From Octopus sinensis (taxonomy: Eukaryota): 64,000 nucleotides of DNA. The stretch is taken from contig NC_042998.1 of the NCBI RefSeq assembly GCF_006345805.1, forward strand, positions 146,258,001-146,322,000. The letters are read 5' to 3'. The notes beneath the pieces were generated by a model. That model made no database searches. It was not told the DNA's origin and saw only the letters and a program-made list of their open reading frames with translations. Position numbers and translations under genes: made by a program. Positions 63,930 through 64,000 of this stretch are shown here, piece after piece. How positions within the stretch are numbered: position 1 is the stretch's first letter; each line of letters begins with the position of its first letter.

Positions 63930-64000
63930 ACGGTACTGGGTTCAGTTCAACTGCGTGGCACTTTGGGCAAGTGTCTTCTCCTATAGCCTCCTATAGCCTC
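63930..64000 (+). mobile_element. SINE family B head (runs off window)
   Basis: GGGTTCAGTTCAACTGCGTGGCACTTTGGGCAAGTGTCTTC. Confidence 0.7.

Overview
AT-rich eukaryotic (animal) genomic DNA, almost entirely transposon-derived and dense in microsatellites. I found no host exon, tRNA/rRNA gene or CRISPR array that I can support. The SINE, LINE and simple-repeat landscape suggests a cephalopod such as Octopus, but that is inference only. Main contents: (1) seven fragments of R4/Dong-like restriction-endonuclease non-LTR elements, mostly embedded in (AAT)n; (2) a 5'-truncated RTE LINE (45.2-47.7 kb) whose ORF, after a frameshift not shown in the ORF track, ends in three tandem C2H2 fingers; (3) a Tx1/L1-like element (58.2-60.7 kb, minus strand) flanked by TC repeats, with an open gag-like ORF1 and a decayed ORF2 C-terminus, where EN+RT are replaced by one end of a DNA transposon; (4) six copies of a foldback DNA-transposon family with GGATCTTT termini, 8-bp TSDs in two copies and internal TTAGGG arrays in five; (5) several minimal type-I hammerhead ribozyme motifs of the Penelope-like-element kind, two sets in long inverted repeats; (6) Helitron-, pogo-, piggyBac- and hAT-type non-autonomous elements, three tRNA-derived SINE families (one forming head-to-tail arrays), a non-tRNA AAT-tailed retroposon and a near-perfect 1.43-kb tandem duplication. 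Most short ORFs in the track are microsatellite or antisense artefacts. Boundaries were read by eye and are approximate unless a TSD or TIR is quoted.
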